A DNA stretch of 53,694 bases from a virus, in IMG/VR virus record IMGVR_UViG_3300025108_000005; one strand, given 5' to 3'. Each line of letters begins with the position of its first letter. The stretch's first letter is position 1. Of this stretch, positions 33,713 to 43,731 are shown piece by piece. The translations under genes were made by a program, and so were the position numbers. Under the pieces are notes generated by a model. It ran no database searches. It saw only the letters and a program-made list of their open reading frames with translations, and was not told the origin of the DNA.

Positions 33713-33938
33713 GAATGTTTACCCGAACACGCGCAAGGCTATGGATCAGTCTTTAGCTTTGTTGTGTGACGCGGCAAAGGATTCATTAAAGTATTATGCT
33801 AATCATTACCCGAACAATTCCGAGGTTGCATTGATGAAGGGCGACATGAATAGCTTTGAACGTGAGTTGCGCCGATGCATTGATAACCATGTTATCATGA
33901 TGTGGAGAAATGAGTGGTTTGAGGAGAAGAATTTATGA
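33705..33938 (+). CDS. Hypothetical protein
   Basis: Start re-set to the ATG at 33705, overlapping the upstream stop. 77 aa. Confidence 0.7.
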   Translation: MHRNVYPNTRKAMDQSLALLCDAAKDSLKYYANHYPNNSEVALMKGDMNSFERELRRCIDNHVIMMWRNEWFEEKNL

Positions 33939-34273
33939 CTTATGAAGAAAATACAATGTGCATGAAATACACGTTGGAGCGTCTTGGCGATATCAAGACG
34001 CAAACTGATTTGGACGAGTTTAAGGACGAGATTCGGAATGATCTGGAGGTTAACAGTCAATGGCGTTCAGTTAACGATTATAACCCGAACATTTCTGAAG
34101 TTATTGAGCCAGATGACTTTGATGTGTATCGTGCAATTGATAATGTAAAACGCAATTACATTGAGAGAGCATTGACCCGATCAAAGAACATTGGCGAGGC
34201 TTCAAAGATGTTAGGTGTTCGTAATTACCAGACGTTGCAGAATTGGATGGTAAAGTTAGGAGTGGACTATTGA
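33935..34273 (+). CDS. Fis-type HTH DNA-binding protein
   Basis: The C-terminus IERALTRSKNIGEASKMLGVRNYQTLQNWMVKLGV resembles the Fis/NtrC HTH_8 motif. Confidence 0.75.
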   Translation: MTYEENTMCMKYTLERLGDIKTQTDLDEFKDEIRNDLEVNSQWRSVNDYNPNISEVIEPDDFDVYRAIDNVKRNYIERALTRSKNIGEASKMLGVRNYQTLQNWMVKLGVDY

Positions 34274-34503
34274 TTTATTATTTCACTGCGCTTGTAATTA
34301 CTTACAGCATGGATGCTGAGAGGATTACGACTTCCTACATTTTGTACGATAAGAAGCGGCATTGCCAAGAGGCTTTGCAGGGTCTTGCCGACCCGATTTA
34401 TAATCAGATTTATGAGTTATATGAGGGTACAATGATGCAATGCGTTGTGTCCGATAAAGTTTCATATGTGTTAAAACCGAAGTTGAGGCCCGAAAATGGA
34501 TGA
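34270..34503 (+). CDS. Hypothetical protein with hydrophobic N-terminus
   Basis: TTG at 34270, 7 nt after AGGAG, with a TTGA overlap on the upstream stop. An alternative start is the ATG at 34309. Confidence 0.55.
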   Translation: MIYYFTALVITYSMDAERITTSYILYDKKRHCQEALQGLADPIYNQIYELYEGTMMQCVVSDKVSYVLKPKLRPENG

Positions 34504-34660
34504 TAGATTAGCAATTGTGAGCGATGAAATTAAGCGTTTGCAGCGTGAGTATGACGATGCTGAATGGGAAGGCGATCCGAGGTCAACAGAGTTGGCAAAG
34601 GAGTTGAATTATTATAACAAACTGCACGAACAGGGTGTTGTTTTTGAGCCTAAGTTTTAG
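34496..34660 (+). CDS. 54-aa hypothetical protein (not in ORF track)
   Basis: The ATG at 34496 overlaps the upstream stop. MDDRLAIVSDEIKRLQREYDD...EPKF. Confidence 0.55.
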   Translation: MDDRLAIVSDEIKRLQREYDDAEWEGDPRSTELAKELNYYNKLHEQGVVFEPKF

Positions 34661-34671
34661 TAAAAAACTAT

Positions 34672-34719
34672 GGGGGCGTTACATATTGCGTTGTATTTCG
34701 AAACCATAACGCCGCCCCC
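34672..34719. terminator. Bidirectional terminator-like hairpin between convergent operons
   Basis: GGGGGCGTTA ... TAACGCCGCCCCC, with T-runs on both strands. Confidence 0.55.
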
Positions 34720-34724
34720 ACGAA

Positions 34725-35069
34725 TTATTTATTTTTTTTCTGTGGCAAGTCCCACGTTCTGATGTCGCTCATAACCTGACTTACATTTACGTCTAAATAA
34801 TGCGCAATGCGTTCAATTGTAATTTCATCATTTAGCATTCTATTGACTTGTTTAGCCCGAACAGATGCACGTTTGGGCCATTTGTATTCGTTTTGATCAT
34901 TTATTTTTGTAGGTGTTTTTGGTTCACGCGGTTTAACGACTTCTTTTGGTTCGTCTTGTTTGTTGCGCCATCCCTCTTGCTTTCTTGTCATTTCCAACAT
35001 TCTAGCTATTTCGGATTCTGTTGGCGGTCTTTTGTATAGCTTTGTAAATGAATCTAAGATGTTAACCAT
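34725..35069 (-). CDS. Hypothetical protein (possible C-terminal HTH)
   Basis: 114-aa ORF. Confidence 0.8.
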   Translation of the reverse strand: MVNILDSFTKLYKRPPTESEIARMLEMTRKQEGWRNKQDEPKEVVKPREPKTPTKINDQNEYKWPKRASVRAKQVNRMLNDEITIERIAHYLDVNVSQVMSDIRTWDLPQKKNK

Positions 35070-35232
35070 CGTTTTGCCTTTTTACTGCTCGTTCTAACAT
35101 TTCTAACAAAGCGAACATTTCTTCGCCTTGCTGCTTTCCATGAGGAAAGCCCATGCGCTTACCATCGTAAATAAGCACATGGGCCTTTCGTTTTAGAGTT
35201 TTTATTATAGTGTCGATGGATTTTATGTCCAT
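35062..35232 (-). CDS. Small hypothetical protein
   Basis: Start re-set to the ATG at 35230-35232 (MDIKSIDT...). 56 aa. Confidence 0.6.
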   Translation of the reverse strand: MDIKSIDTIIKTLKRKAHVLIYDGKRMGFPHGKQQGEEMFALLEMLERAVKRQNDG

Positions 35233-35450
35233 TTGGCTTCGCCTTTGAGAACAACCGCAGGCCCGACGATACCAGTTCCGCATAGCTCTGTAGCTTCTTC
35301 GTTAAATGGCAGACCTTCGATCAAGCCTTCTTCGTTCACAAGAATTTGCCAATCGGGTTTTGTTGGTGATCGAACCATTTCTACCAATCCCCCGACGATC
35401 TGCTGCGCTTCTTCAAGCGTTGGTTTTCTTTCTTCAAATACCGTAATCAT
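35223..35450 (-). CDS. Hypothetical protein
   Basis: 75 aa with SD AAAGGAGAAG. Confidence 0.8.
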   Translation of the reverse strand: MITVFEERKPTLEEAQQIVGGLVEMVRSPTKPDWQILVNEEGLIEGLPFNEEATELCGTGIVGPAVVLKGEAKWT

Positions 35451-35480
35451 AGCTTCTCCTTTTCCTAGATTAACTTGGGA

Positions 35481-35509
35481 TAATTACCACACTATCCCAT
35501 GTCAGTCAA
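35481..35509 (-). promoter_or_regulatory. Sigma70-like promoter
   Basis: Minus strand reads TTGACT-17 nt-TAATTA, with ATGGGATA in the spacer and TATCCCA just downstream. Confidence 0.5.
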
Positions 35510-37694
35510 GCATATCTTCCTCTTGATTAAGAGTTCCGCCGACCACTCCGAGCCACTTTCGTGGGCCGCTTCTGGTTCGCTTGAACTGATCAATACGATT
35601 ATCATTTTGCAGTGTCGTAACTGCTTTTTTAATTGTGCTTTCACCCACAGTTTTAAGATTAGCTGCATTCATATCGTCATGTGGTGCGGTCTTGATTGCT
35701 TCCCAAATGCCATCATGCTGACCGCCTTTGGTGACAGGAATGCCCCGCGCTTCACGATCTGCGATAAGATTATAGACATATTCATGTCGGTCCCGAACAA
35801 CTTGCGACATTACGAGATTACGGATGTCTTGACTACGATCTTCCAGCAATCCTGTGTCTTGATTCCGAACAAAGTGTCGAATGTCACGACTGGCAGGGCC
35901 GTTGGCTTTCACTACTGCGCCATCAAACACTGCGTTGCGTGTGAACGGTACATTCATATCTTTGCAGCGTGACCGCGCTGTGGCCTCATCGACTTGCCAG
36001 ACAGCGAACGCTGCACGAACGCCATCAACGATAGCTGATGTGCCTCGAATCAGGTTACGCGCTTCTTCTGGCGTTGTGATCGGATCTTTGTCTCTGATCT
36101 TTGCCATGTGGTGGTTGACGATTACAGTTGCGCCAGTTTCGGTTGCGATTTGCGCCAACAGACCCATGAAAGCTGCACCTGCTGCGGGATCGGCATTTAC
36201 ATCTGCGTGAACGAACGATGCCATCGGGTCAACAATGACCAGTGCGAGGTCTTTGATTTCGAGCATTTCTTCATAAATCTTTTCAAACTCTGGAGATGTT
36301 GCGTAGGTGTTGTCCACTTTCATCATAATTGGGAACACTCCGCCTTCGTTTGGTAGCGGAACGACGATAAGGTCATGCTCATAAGCCGAACGTTTGTTCA
36401 GGGGATCTAGCCTGCTGACCCGGCGATGTAGCTCGTCACGGTCATCTTCTGCTGAGAGAATGATAGCTGTGCCGTGATGCGCGACCAAACCACCGAATGC
36501 ATTCTGCATGCCTTCGCCAGAAGCGACCTTCATGGCTAGATCTAGCGTCATCATACCTTTACCGCTGTCACCCGCTGCTGCGAACACGACTGGTACGCCT
36601 AGTGGAAGGGTATCACCGATTAAGAACTTCTGATCTGGTGCGCGACCTTGAAACTGCGCACTGGCAAGTAGACTAGGATTTTTTAGAGATAGAGCCTTTT
36701 TAACCTTATGAACTGGAGCATTTAGGAACTTGGCAATGTCGAAACCTTCGTCAATTGCGTCCGCTGCGTCCCACTTTTTAGGTTTACCCTTTGGCGGCAC
36801 GAGCATCGTAATTGATTTTGCACCTGCGTTTTGGGCTAACTCTTGAATAATCTTTGCCAGTTTCAGACCCGCTTCGTCATTGTCAGGCCAGATAATTAAC
36901 TCTTTGCCCTGCAATGGAGAAAAGTCGAACTTATCTTTTGTTTTCTGGGATAGCATTCCTGCGCCACCAATGGTGCATGTTGCTGTGTATCCCATCTTTG
37001 TAAGTTCATCTGCGCATTTTTCGCCTTCTACCCAAATAATGCGACCTGATTGCGCGATGTCAGGCAGGTTATAAAGAGGGCGCGTTTCAGGCAGACGAGG
37101 GAACTGGCGAAACTCTTTCTTAGCGTTGCCGTCACTGTCCCGAACAATTTCCCCTGCTGGGGTGCGTTCGATATATCTGCGCACTGTGACGAGGATTTCG
37201 CCATCTCCCGATAGGTATAAGTATTCGCCATCATGTGGTGTATTTACATCAATTACCCGGCGTTGTTTAACTTGTTCGGGTTGTATAGGATTTTGTACCG
37301 GGAACTGCTGGGCCAAACTGGGGTTAATAGGATTCATAGGTGGCTCTGGTCTATCTTGCTTCAGATAAGACGCGAAATGCTCTGCTACATCTGGAACCTT
37401 CCAGTTATTTGCCCTCATTAATATTTTTGTAATTCCACCAATACCTTCGCCCGTATTGAAGTCCATGCCACGCATGAAGTTTGGACTCATTGGATCAATT
37501 TCGATCTTTAATGATTGCCCTGCTTCGCCATCCAGCGAGCCTAAATAGAACTCATTTCGGATTACTTTACCGTTTGGAAATGCATTTTTTAACGCTTCGA
37601 TTTGCACATATGACGGAACCCTTTCCGAAATCTCTGCGACTAAATCTTTTCCGTTATTACCATATCCTGTGTTGCCAACTACCCTTAATGACAT
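35502..37694 (-). CDS. Bifunctional primase-helicase (Toprim + RecA/AAA_25-like NTPase)
   Basis: Toprim motifs IIWVEGEKCAD and IWPDNDEAG. P-loop AAAGDSGKGMMT. 730 aa with SD GAGGA. Confidence 0.85.
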   Translation of the reverse strand: MSLRVVGNTGYGNNGKDLVAEISERVPSYVQIEALKNAFPNGKVIRNEFYLGSLDGEAGQSLKIEIDPMSPNFMRGMDFNTGEGIGGITKILMRANNWKVPDVAEHFASYLKQDRPEPPMNPINPSLAQQFPVQNPIQPEQVKQRRVIDVNTPHDGEYLYLSGDGEILVTVRRYIERTPAGEIVRDSDGNAKKEFRQFPRLPETRPLYNLPDIAQSGRIIWVEGEKCADELTKMGYTATCTIGGAGMLSQKTKDKFDFSPLQGKELIIWPDNDEAGLKLAKIIQELAQNAGAKSITMLVPPKGKPKKWDAADAIDEGFDIAKFLNAPVHKVKKALSLKNPSLLASAQFQGRAPDQKFLIGDTLPLGVPVVFAAAGDSGKGMMTLDLAMKVASGEGMQNAFGGLVAHHGTAIILSAEDDRDELHRRVSRLDPLNKRSAYEHDLIVVPLPNEGGVFPIMMKVDNTYATSPEFEKIYEEMLEIKDLALVIVDPMASFVHADVNADPAAGAAFMGLLAQIATETGATVIVNHHMAKIRDKDPITTPEEARNLIRGTSAIVDGVRAAFAVWQVDEATARSRCKDMNVPFTRNAVFDGAVVKANGPASRDIRHFVRNQDTGLLEDRSQDIRNLVMSQVVRDRHEYVYNLIADREARGIPVTKGGQHDGIWEAIKTAPHDDMNAANLKTVGESTIKKAVTTLQNDNRIDQFKRTRSGPRKWLGVVGGTLNQEEDMLD

Positions 37695-37759
37695 TATATT
37701 GTCCTCATACCCATAAATACTTCTCTAGGGGGCTAGTTCTAGGACTGGCCCCTTCTTTT

Positions 37760-38539
37760 TTATTCACCTTTCCAGCAAGTCTCCCGATACTCGCAGAACT
37801 TACAAAGAAAGAAGTCTTTGCTTTGTGCTACTCTTGGCAAGATGTCACCTGCTTTGGAAGCCGTCAAGATATTTACGGCCTTATCACTTGCCTTCTGAGC
37901 CAACTCCTTATCATAAGGAACTAGCTCGTAATAAACTTCTGATGTGTTTTTATTCACAACAGTAAACAGCGCAGGGTGTTTAGTTAAATCCATATATGTT
38001 TGATAGAGTGCGATCTGCGTTGCATAAATTATGTTGGCCTTCGCTACGCCATGTCGAACAAAAGACTGAAACTTTTTGTCGTTGGCGGATTTGTTTTCCC
38101 ATAACGATGGGTATCCCATTTCTACGGGGCCATCGCATATTACGCCGTCGATGTGACCTTTGATTTGATCATCAGCGATAGAGAAGCCAAATTGTTCGCC
38201 TTGTTTGTCTTCCGTGCGAAGGTCAAAGCCAGCGTCCCTGATCCATTTTGCTGCGTAGTCTTCAATCTCGTGACCGAACTGAAAAATGCGTAACGTTCGT
38301 GCGCTAAACTCTGACCCCTCATCTTGTGGGTAATTCATAAAACGATACTGTATCTTGCGACTACATTCGTCACCTACACTAGATGCGCCAAGATATTTTC
38401 GACGTTCGCGCTTCGATTCGTTACGCAAGATGCCATCGTCTACCGCTGACTTGATAGCCTCTGCTGTAGGATCAGAAGGGGATGCTTGTAGATGGGAAGC
38501 TGCCCGTTGACTTAAAGTACTTTTGTTCAAGTTCAGCAA
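37760..38539 (-). CDS. Cas4/RecB-like PD-(D/E)XK exonuclease with Fe-S Cys cluster
   Basis: N-terminal Cys (GDECSRK), IDGV...LWENK core and C-terminal CKFCEYRETC (C-x2-C-x5-C). No in-frame ATG precedes the first Cys, so I placed the start at the TTG at 38539 after AGGAGA. TTG at 38581 is also possible. Confidence 0.75.
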   Translation of the reverse strand: MLNLNKSTLSQRAASHLQASPSDPTAEAIKSAVDDGILRNESKRERRKYLGASSVGDECSRKIQYRFMNYPQDEGSEFSARTLRIFQFGHEIEDYAAKWIRDAGFDLRTEDKQGEQFGFSIADDQIKGHIDGVICDGPVEMGYPSLWENKSANDKKFQSFVRHGVAKANIIYATQIALYQTYMDLTKHPALFTVVNKNTSEVYYELVPYDKELAQKASDKAVNILTASKAGDILPRVAQSKDFFLCKFCEYRETCWKGE

Positions 38540-38690
38540 CGTGAATCTCCTGTGATAACTTTTCTGCTTCTTGCAATCCAAAGATCAAAACGTGTACCTG
38601 ATCCTCTGATAAGTCTGAAAACTTGGTATCCCAACCAAACTTTTCCAGTATGAATGCCAATTCATTTATTGGCTTTGTTAATGGTGGCAT
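38472..38690 (-). CDS. Hypothetical small protein
   Basis: Start re-set to the ATG at 38688-38690. The 3' end overlaps the nuclease 5' end. Confidence 0.5.
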   Translation of the reverse strand: MPPLTKPINELAFILEKFGWDTKFSDLSEDQVHVLIFGLQEAEKLSQEIHVAELEQKYFKSTGSFPSTSIPF

Positions 38691-38692
38691 GC

Positions 38693-39019
38693 TCAATGCA
38701 CTGTCTCCTCTCCTGCTCCGTCTATAATTAAGTCCATTATTTCGTTTAATTCTTCTTTAGGGACTTCTTTATTTTTGTATTGCATCATCAAAACTGTTAA
38801 TTCGTTAATGATAACATCGGCTGTCCCGAACAATACTTCGCCTTCCTCGTCTTCCAGAAACTCTTCGTGAACGATTTTATTTACCGTTTCGGTAATTTCT
38901 TCTATGTCACCTAGATCTTTACAAAAGCACATGTAATCGTATTCCTCGGTGTATAGTTCTTGTTCGTCACTTCTCTTGGCTATTGAAAGAACGAGTTCAA
39001 ATCTTGCCATCTCCAACAT
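38693..39019 (-). CDS. Hypothetical acidic protein
   Basis: 108-aa ORF. Confidence 0.75.
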   Translation of the reverse strand: MLEMARFELVLSIAKRSDEQELYTEEYDYMCFCKDLGDIEEITETVNKIVHEEFLEDEEGEVLFGTADVIINELTVLMMQYKNKEVPKEELNEIMDLIIDGAGEETVH

Positions 39020-39167
39020 CCTCTCCGTTGTTATGTCTTAACCATAACGCTAAATCAGAAATAAGATATTTAAATTCAAATGGATGTATCTTGGCGACCA
39101 ACTCACCATCATACCAGATTTTGAGTCCATCATCATAAACAGACCAACGTATTCTTGCGTCTTTCAT
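38997..39167 (-). CDS. 56-aa hypothetical protein (not in ORF track)
   Basis: ATGA overlap with the helicase stop. MKDARIRWSVYDDGLKIWYDGELV... Confidence 0.5.
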   Translation of the reverse strand: MKDARIRWSVYDDGLKIWYDGELVAKIHPFEFKYLISDLALWLRHNNGEDVGDGKI

Positions 39168-40828
39168 AGATATTTCTCCACTGCTATCTCAATTACTGTC
39201 CTATTCCACAGGAAATTCAGCATGCATGCTGCTTTATACTTTGTCCATGAAAAGTCCATGAACCCCACTTCGATGCCTTGCTTCCGCAGATGTTCGATCT
39301 GCTTTGGCGTTGCACCTTGATCTAACCACCGCTTGGTTTTCTTGGCAGCGCCACCGTCTTCGATTTCACGCAGGAAGTCATCGGCTGCTGCCGTAGCCTG
39401 TGTACCGCCGCCTACTGCTAGTACGCGCAACTGCATTCCCGTTGCTTTTGCTTTTCCGAAAGCAATGCTCAACTCTGGTGTGTTGGCAACTCCGACAAAC
39501 CCTTCGAATCCCATAGCCATGCGTAAGCTACCGTCACCAAACAAGTCGATCCAACGGAAGGGAGACATTTTCATCAGATCGTATTCGGTCATAGTAAACC
39601 GAACAAGTTCCTCTTTTTCCTCGGATTCCGATACAATTTCTGTACCGCAGATAGGGCAGACTTGCGCCCCCATAGGAATTTCGCTTTCACACTCCACACA
39701 AATCTTTGTGGGTGCTTCGCCCTTTTCGCGATCATCTAAGTTCACTGAGTCTTCAAGTGAGCCGTGCGTGAGAACACTTGTTCCGAAATCCAGAACCACG
39801 CAGTCTGTTTTAACAATGTCAGGAAACTCTTCTGGATCAATAGTGCGTAGGCCACGCCCGATCATCTGCACCATTGTGCCCTTCTGAGAACAGGGGCGCG
39901 TTAGAACCACACAGGACACAGGTGGAGCGTCAAAGCCCTCTGTAAGCACTGCTACGTTCACGACTACCTGTACGTCACCGTGGGCTAGGTCATGCAGTAT
40001 TTTGGCTCTCTCTTGCTTTGGTGTGTCTCCTGTGACGATACCCGCGTTGATGTCCTCATAAAGAAACTCTTCTAGAAGGTCTTCAGCGTGTGTGACCGTG
40101 CTGCAGAATACAACAGTCTTGCGATCTTCTGCGTGATTCAACCACTCTTCAACAACCTTCTGGTTAATCACCTTGCGGTTCATAATCGCTTCGACTTCAT
40201 CCATGTCAAAGTCGTTGCCTCTGCGTGTGACCTTATCAAGTTGGTCTTTGACCCCGCAATCAATCACATAGGTACGCGGTGCAACAAGAAAGCCTTCTCG
40301 GATTAAAGTGGTGATTTCAATCTGGTGTGAGCAATTGCTGAATACGCTGCGCAGTCCCTTGCCATCGCCACGGTTAGGCGTAGCTGTGAAGCCCACGATT
40401 TCTACGTTGGGGTTGTCCTTCTTTACCGCGTTGATAACCTTCTTATAGGTATCTGCGGCGGCATGGTGGCTTTCGTCTATGACAATCATATCAAACACGA
40501 CACGATCACGTAGGTTCCTATCGCGTGAGATTGTTTGCACCATAGAGAATACTGCATCGCCATCCCAACACTTTACTGCGCCGTTTACGATGCTTGTTGT
40601 GATGTACGGGTTAATGCGTTCAAACTTGGATTTGTTTTGATTAACAAGCTCATCTCTGTGCTGCATCACAAGAATCTTTTTACCATCCTTGAATCGACGC
40701 CCAATGAGAGCGGACATCATAATGGTCTTACCTGCGCCTGTGGGGGCGACTACTATTGTATTGCTGTGCTTATCGAGTGCGTTAAATGCATCATCGACAG
40801 CCGCCTCTTGATATGGACGTAATAACAT
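39164..40828 (-). CDS. SF2 (DEAD/DEAH, type III restriction Res-like) helicase with zinc ribbon
   Basis: Motif I APTGAGKT, motif II VIDESHH, motif III FTATPNR, motif VI QMIGRGLR, and CVECESEIPMGAQVCPICG. Confidence 0.9.
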   Translation of the reverse strand: MLLRPYQEAAVDDAFNALDKHSNTIVVAPTGAGKTIMMSALIGRRFKDGKKILVMQHRDELVNQNKSKFERINPYITTSIVNGAVKCWDGDAVFSMVQTISRDRNLRDRVVFDMIVIDESHHAAADTYKKVINAVKKDNPNVEIVGFTATPNRGDGKGLRSVFSNCSHQIEITTLIREGFLVAPRTYVIDCGVKDQLDKVTRRGNDFDMDEVEAIMNRKVINQKVVEEWLNHAEDRKTVVFCSTVTHAEDLLEEFLYEDINAGIVTGDTPKQERAKILHDLAHGDVQVVVNVAVLTEGFDAPPVSCVVLTRPCSQKGTMVQMIGRGLRTIDPEEFPDIVKTDCVVLDFGTSVLTHGSLEDSVNLDDREKGEAPTKICVECESEIPMGAQVCPICGTEIVSESEEKEELVRFTMTEYDLMKMSPFRWIDLFGDGSLRMAMGFEGFVGVANTPELSIAFGKAKATGMQLRVLAVGGGTQATAAADDFLREIEDGGAAKKTKRWLDQGATPKQIEHLRKQGIEVGFMDFSWTKYKAACMLNFLWNRTVIEIAVEKYL

Positions 40829-40831
40829 TGA

Positions 40832-41248
40832 TTACCCCAAGAACTTAAATTCTGAAATTGGAATGTGAACCACTGGTTCAATATCTTGCCAGTCATTGCG
40901 GTCTGTGCGACCACCAACCATAACAGGCCAGTCATTCTTAAAGTATGTATAGCCAAGTTTATCTTTCCACTTAACAAGAAGGATGCTGATGATCCCAGAT
41001 GATTGTTTCAATCCGTTTGCGGCTGAAACTTTGGAAAGAGATAGCAAAAGTGTACTGTATTGATCGTGATTATTTGTCCTAACTTTGACCTCGCAAAATC
41101 CAACAACTTTGTCTTGCTTTAGGACACAATAATCTAGGTGATATTGCTTGGGCATCTTTGCAAATCCAAAATTAAACGGACCACAGAATGCCTCAATAAC
41201 ACTGCGCTCATTGCGCAAGTCATCAACAGTCTCATACGTTGGACGCAT
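40832..41248 (-). CDS. PD-(D/E)XK-like nuclease candidate
   Basis: LDYCVL...GFCEVKVR (D...ExK). 138 aa with SD AAAGGAGAA. Confidence 0.65.
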   Translation of the reverse strand: MRPTYETVDDLRNERSVIEAFCGPFNFGFAKMPKQYHLDYCVLKQDKVVGFCEVKVRTNNHDQYSTLLLSLSKVSAANGLKQSSGIISILLVKWKDKLGYTYFKNDWPVMVGGRTDRNDWQDIEPVVHIPISEFKFLG

Positions 41249-41344
41249 AAGATTCTCCTTTTAATCTAGAAAGTGAGGGGGTATTTGGCCCACGGCCCCC
41301 CTTCCGTGGTCTAGCAGGTGCAGAGTGACCTGTGCCTCTAGATA

Positions 41345-41950
41345 TTACCGATTAGCCCAACTTGGTGCTACACCTGTTGCCTGTGGTTGAGGCGTTGGTG
41401 CTGCCGCTGCAGATGTCTGCATGACTGGTTCTTGACCAGTTGGGATAAAATCCTTTTGGTTCGGCGTTAAGGCTGCTGTTAGCTTGTTGCTATCAGAATA
41501 GCCATTGCTGCCTTTCTTGATGCCAACTTTAGCGCAAATCTCCATTCCATTCAAGTCCATGATACCTGAAATGTTTCGACGCTGTTGCGCGTCTGGTGAC
41601 ATGTCGCTTGGATCAAGGCTATTCGCGCTTTCAATGATCTGACGCAGTGTTTGCAAGCCAATCTCTTTGGCCTGTGGAATACCGCTCTGACCCATCTTGT
41701 CGCCATCGACAAAGATGCGATCCCAGAACTTACGGCGATCATGTTCGCCGCCCACGATTGTGAACTCTAATTCCATCCACTTCGCCTTTGATGACTGTGA
41801 TTGCTTGAACCACTGACCTGCGCCGAACTCTTGAAGTTCGATGTCGCCCATCTTAACGATGATTACAGCGCGGCACACTGTGGCTGCAGGGATTAGGGTG
41901 CGCTCCATTTGTGGTGCGTCTGATACGGGTGCATTATTTAGATTAAGCAT
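41345..41950 (-). CDS. ssDNA-binding protein candidate (DUF669-like, Sak4-associated)
   Basis: Start re-set to the ATG at 41948-41950. Called from position directly after the Sak4-like ATPase and general family resemblance. Confidence 0.6.
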   Translation of the reverse strand: MLNLNNAPVSDAPQMERTLIPAATVCRAVIIVKMGDIELQEFGAGQWFKQSQSSKAKWMELEFTIVGGEHDRRKFWDRIFVDGDKMGQSGIPQAKEIGLQTLRQIIESANSLDPSDMSPDAQQRRNISGIMDLNGMEICAKVGIKKGSNGYSDSNKLTAALTPNQKDFIPTGQEPVMQTSAAAAPTPQPQATGVAPSWANR

Positions 41951-42815
41951 TTGCGATTTCTCCTTCGCTAGAATTTTGAGCGTTTGGATCAACAAAGTCC
42001 AATGGGCGCTCTGATTGCAATGGGCCTGTTGACATCTTTGCCATCAGTTTACCCAAGTGCGGTTCTTCTAATGTGTCGAGCCTACCAGACCGATCTTTAG
42101 CAGGGTAGCCCCATTCGTTTAGGGCACCGCAGACGAAGGCACGAAACGGTCCATTGTCCCCACCAAGGACCGCCATCGTGATCACTTCGTCTACGATTCC
42201 CGGCAATTCGCGTCCAGTCTTGCTGCCCTCAATCTGAAGCGCGTATTGCTTTCTGCCATAATCATCGGTAACTTCGTCTAGGATGCCGACGAAAATGACA
42301 TTCTTTGCGCGGATATGCTGCAAATGCGTAAGCCATGCCATCATCTCGCGCCCGTGCATGCCATAGGCCGAACGAGTGTCCAACTTGCCAGTCCTATCGG
42401 ATCGTGATTCTGGCTGTTGTTGGCACCACTGAAAACATAGGCGACCTGCGACTGTGATTGAGTCAACAAAGATCGTGCTAAACTTCGCCATAATCTCTTG
42501 AGGATCACCATATGTTTGCACAACGTAATCGTAATGTGCTTGGCTATATGGCTGATCCTCTGACAATGATGGGTTTGGCCCACCAATGTAGCATGCAAAG
42601 TCACGGCATTCTGCCCATGTTTGAGGACGGATAACGTCGATGGGGTATCCTTCGATAGCCGCATCACCCGCTTCTAAGTCCATGAATAGTGTAGTGTTTG
42701 GCTCTAGTGTACGAGCCAATGTTGTTTTGCCTACGCCGCTTGCACCACATACTACGATCTTGTGACCGCGCTTTTCTGCAAGACGTTGTTCGGCTGTAAT
42801 AATTTGTAAACCCAT
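41943..42815 (-). CDS. Sak4-like (AAA_24) recombination ATPase
   Basis: Walker A GASGVGKTT and Walker B IFVDSI. Confidence 0.8.
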   Translation of the reverse strand: MGLQIITAEQRLAEKRGHKIVVCGASGVGKTTLARTLEPNTTLFMDLEAGDAAIEGYPIDVIRPQTWAECRDFACYIGGPNPSLSEDQPYSQAHYDYVVQTYGDPQEIMAKFSTIFVDSITVAGRLCFQWCQQQPESRSDRTGKLDTRSAYGMHGREMMAWLTHLQHIRAKNVIFVGILDEVTDDYGRKQYALQIEGSKTGRELPGIVDEVITMAVLGGDNGPFRAFVCGALNEWGYPAKDRSGRLDTLEEPHLGKLMAKMSTGPLQSERPLDFVDPNAQNSSEGEIANA

Positions 42816-42816
42816 T

Positions 42817-43731
42817 TTATTTTACCACCCTTAATTCTTCAGTTGCATATTTTTTCATTACTCCATAAACGCTTTCTTTCACTTGATTCCTAAAGCTGCT
42901 GAAAATGGCAACATTTTTAGATTGCGAATCGTAATTTTGAAAAGCGAACATCCCGCGCATAAAGTAATCATTGTCCAAGGAAACTCCAGCCCTGTTAATA
43001 TGAATTTGACCTTCCATAATTTGACGATACATAGCGATAAAAATCACAGGCCATTCGTTGATTTCATTACGACATAAGCTCTTATAAATATTTAAAGCAC
43101 TTTCGTGGTCAATGCGTTTTGTTGCAATCGCCAGAGCATAAGCTGCGCGGAAGCCAGTTTGTTTCCAAATGCCACGCGAAGTCTTGGGCGGTTTGATGTC
43201 ATATTCAATTTCTGAAAGCAAATCACCAATCGAATCTTCCAGAACGCGACTTACATCTTCTGGTGTTGGATGTGAAATTGATGATGCAGATCGCAACAGA
43301 AATTGAATTGGATGAACAACTCCATTATGAGCGCCTGTGATATCGGCATTAGACCTAACTTTGCCTTGATCTAAATACTTGTAGATGTCCTTATCTTTCC
43401 GAATGCAGATTGCATAGGGAATTGTCATACCAGTTTCAATTTGAGCATTTGAACGATGTTGTCCATTCGTCATAATCCAACCAGACTCAGTTTTGACAAA
43501 TACAAGTGGCTCTGGATGAAGAACCCAACGATTTAAGTTCATTGATCGAACATATTTCCGAAATGTCGCTTTATTTAAGTCGCGATTTCCTTCGTAATTC
43601 CAACCGATTATAGATTCCATTTCTGATGCAGTAATTTCTGCATTAAAATGAATTTGCTTTTGATCAAGCTGATTGACCGATTCGATCATTTTCTTATAGT
43701 TTAATTCTAGTAAATCATGAATACCCATCAT
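42817..43731 (-). CDS. ParB-like N-terminal (nuclease/NTPase) domain protein
   Basis: Start re-set to the ATG at 43729-43731 (ATGA coupling, SD AAGAGG). TNGQHRSNA resembles the ParB GxxR box. Confidence 0.6.
   Translation of the reverse strand: MMGIHDLLELNYKKMIESVNQLDQKQIHFNAEITASEMESIIGWNYEGNRDLNKATFRKYVRSMNLNRWVLHPEPLVFVKTESGWIMTNGQHRSNAQIETGMTIPYAICIRKDKDIYKYLDQGKVRSNADITGAHNGVVHPIQFLLRSASSISHPTPEDVSRVLEDSIGDLLSEIEYDIKPPKTSRGIWKQTGFRAAYALAIATKRIDHESALNIYKSLCRNEINEWPVIFIAMYRQIMEGQIHINRAGVSLDNDYFMRGMFAFQNYDSQSKNVAIFSSFRNQVKESVYGVMKKYATEELRVVK

Noticed and set aside
41249-41344. Possible terminator between the SSB-like and nuclease-like genes (CCACGGaaggggggCCGTGG)
   Set aside because: The hairpin is present but has no downstream U-tract on the transcribed (minus) strand, so it is more likely a stabiliser or simply intergenic structure.
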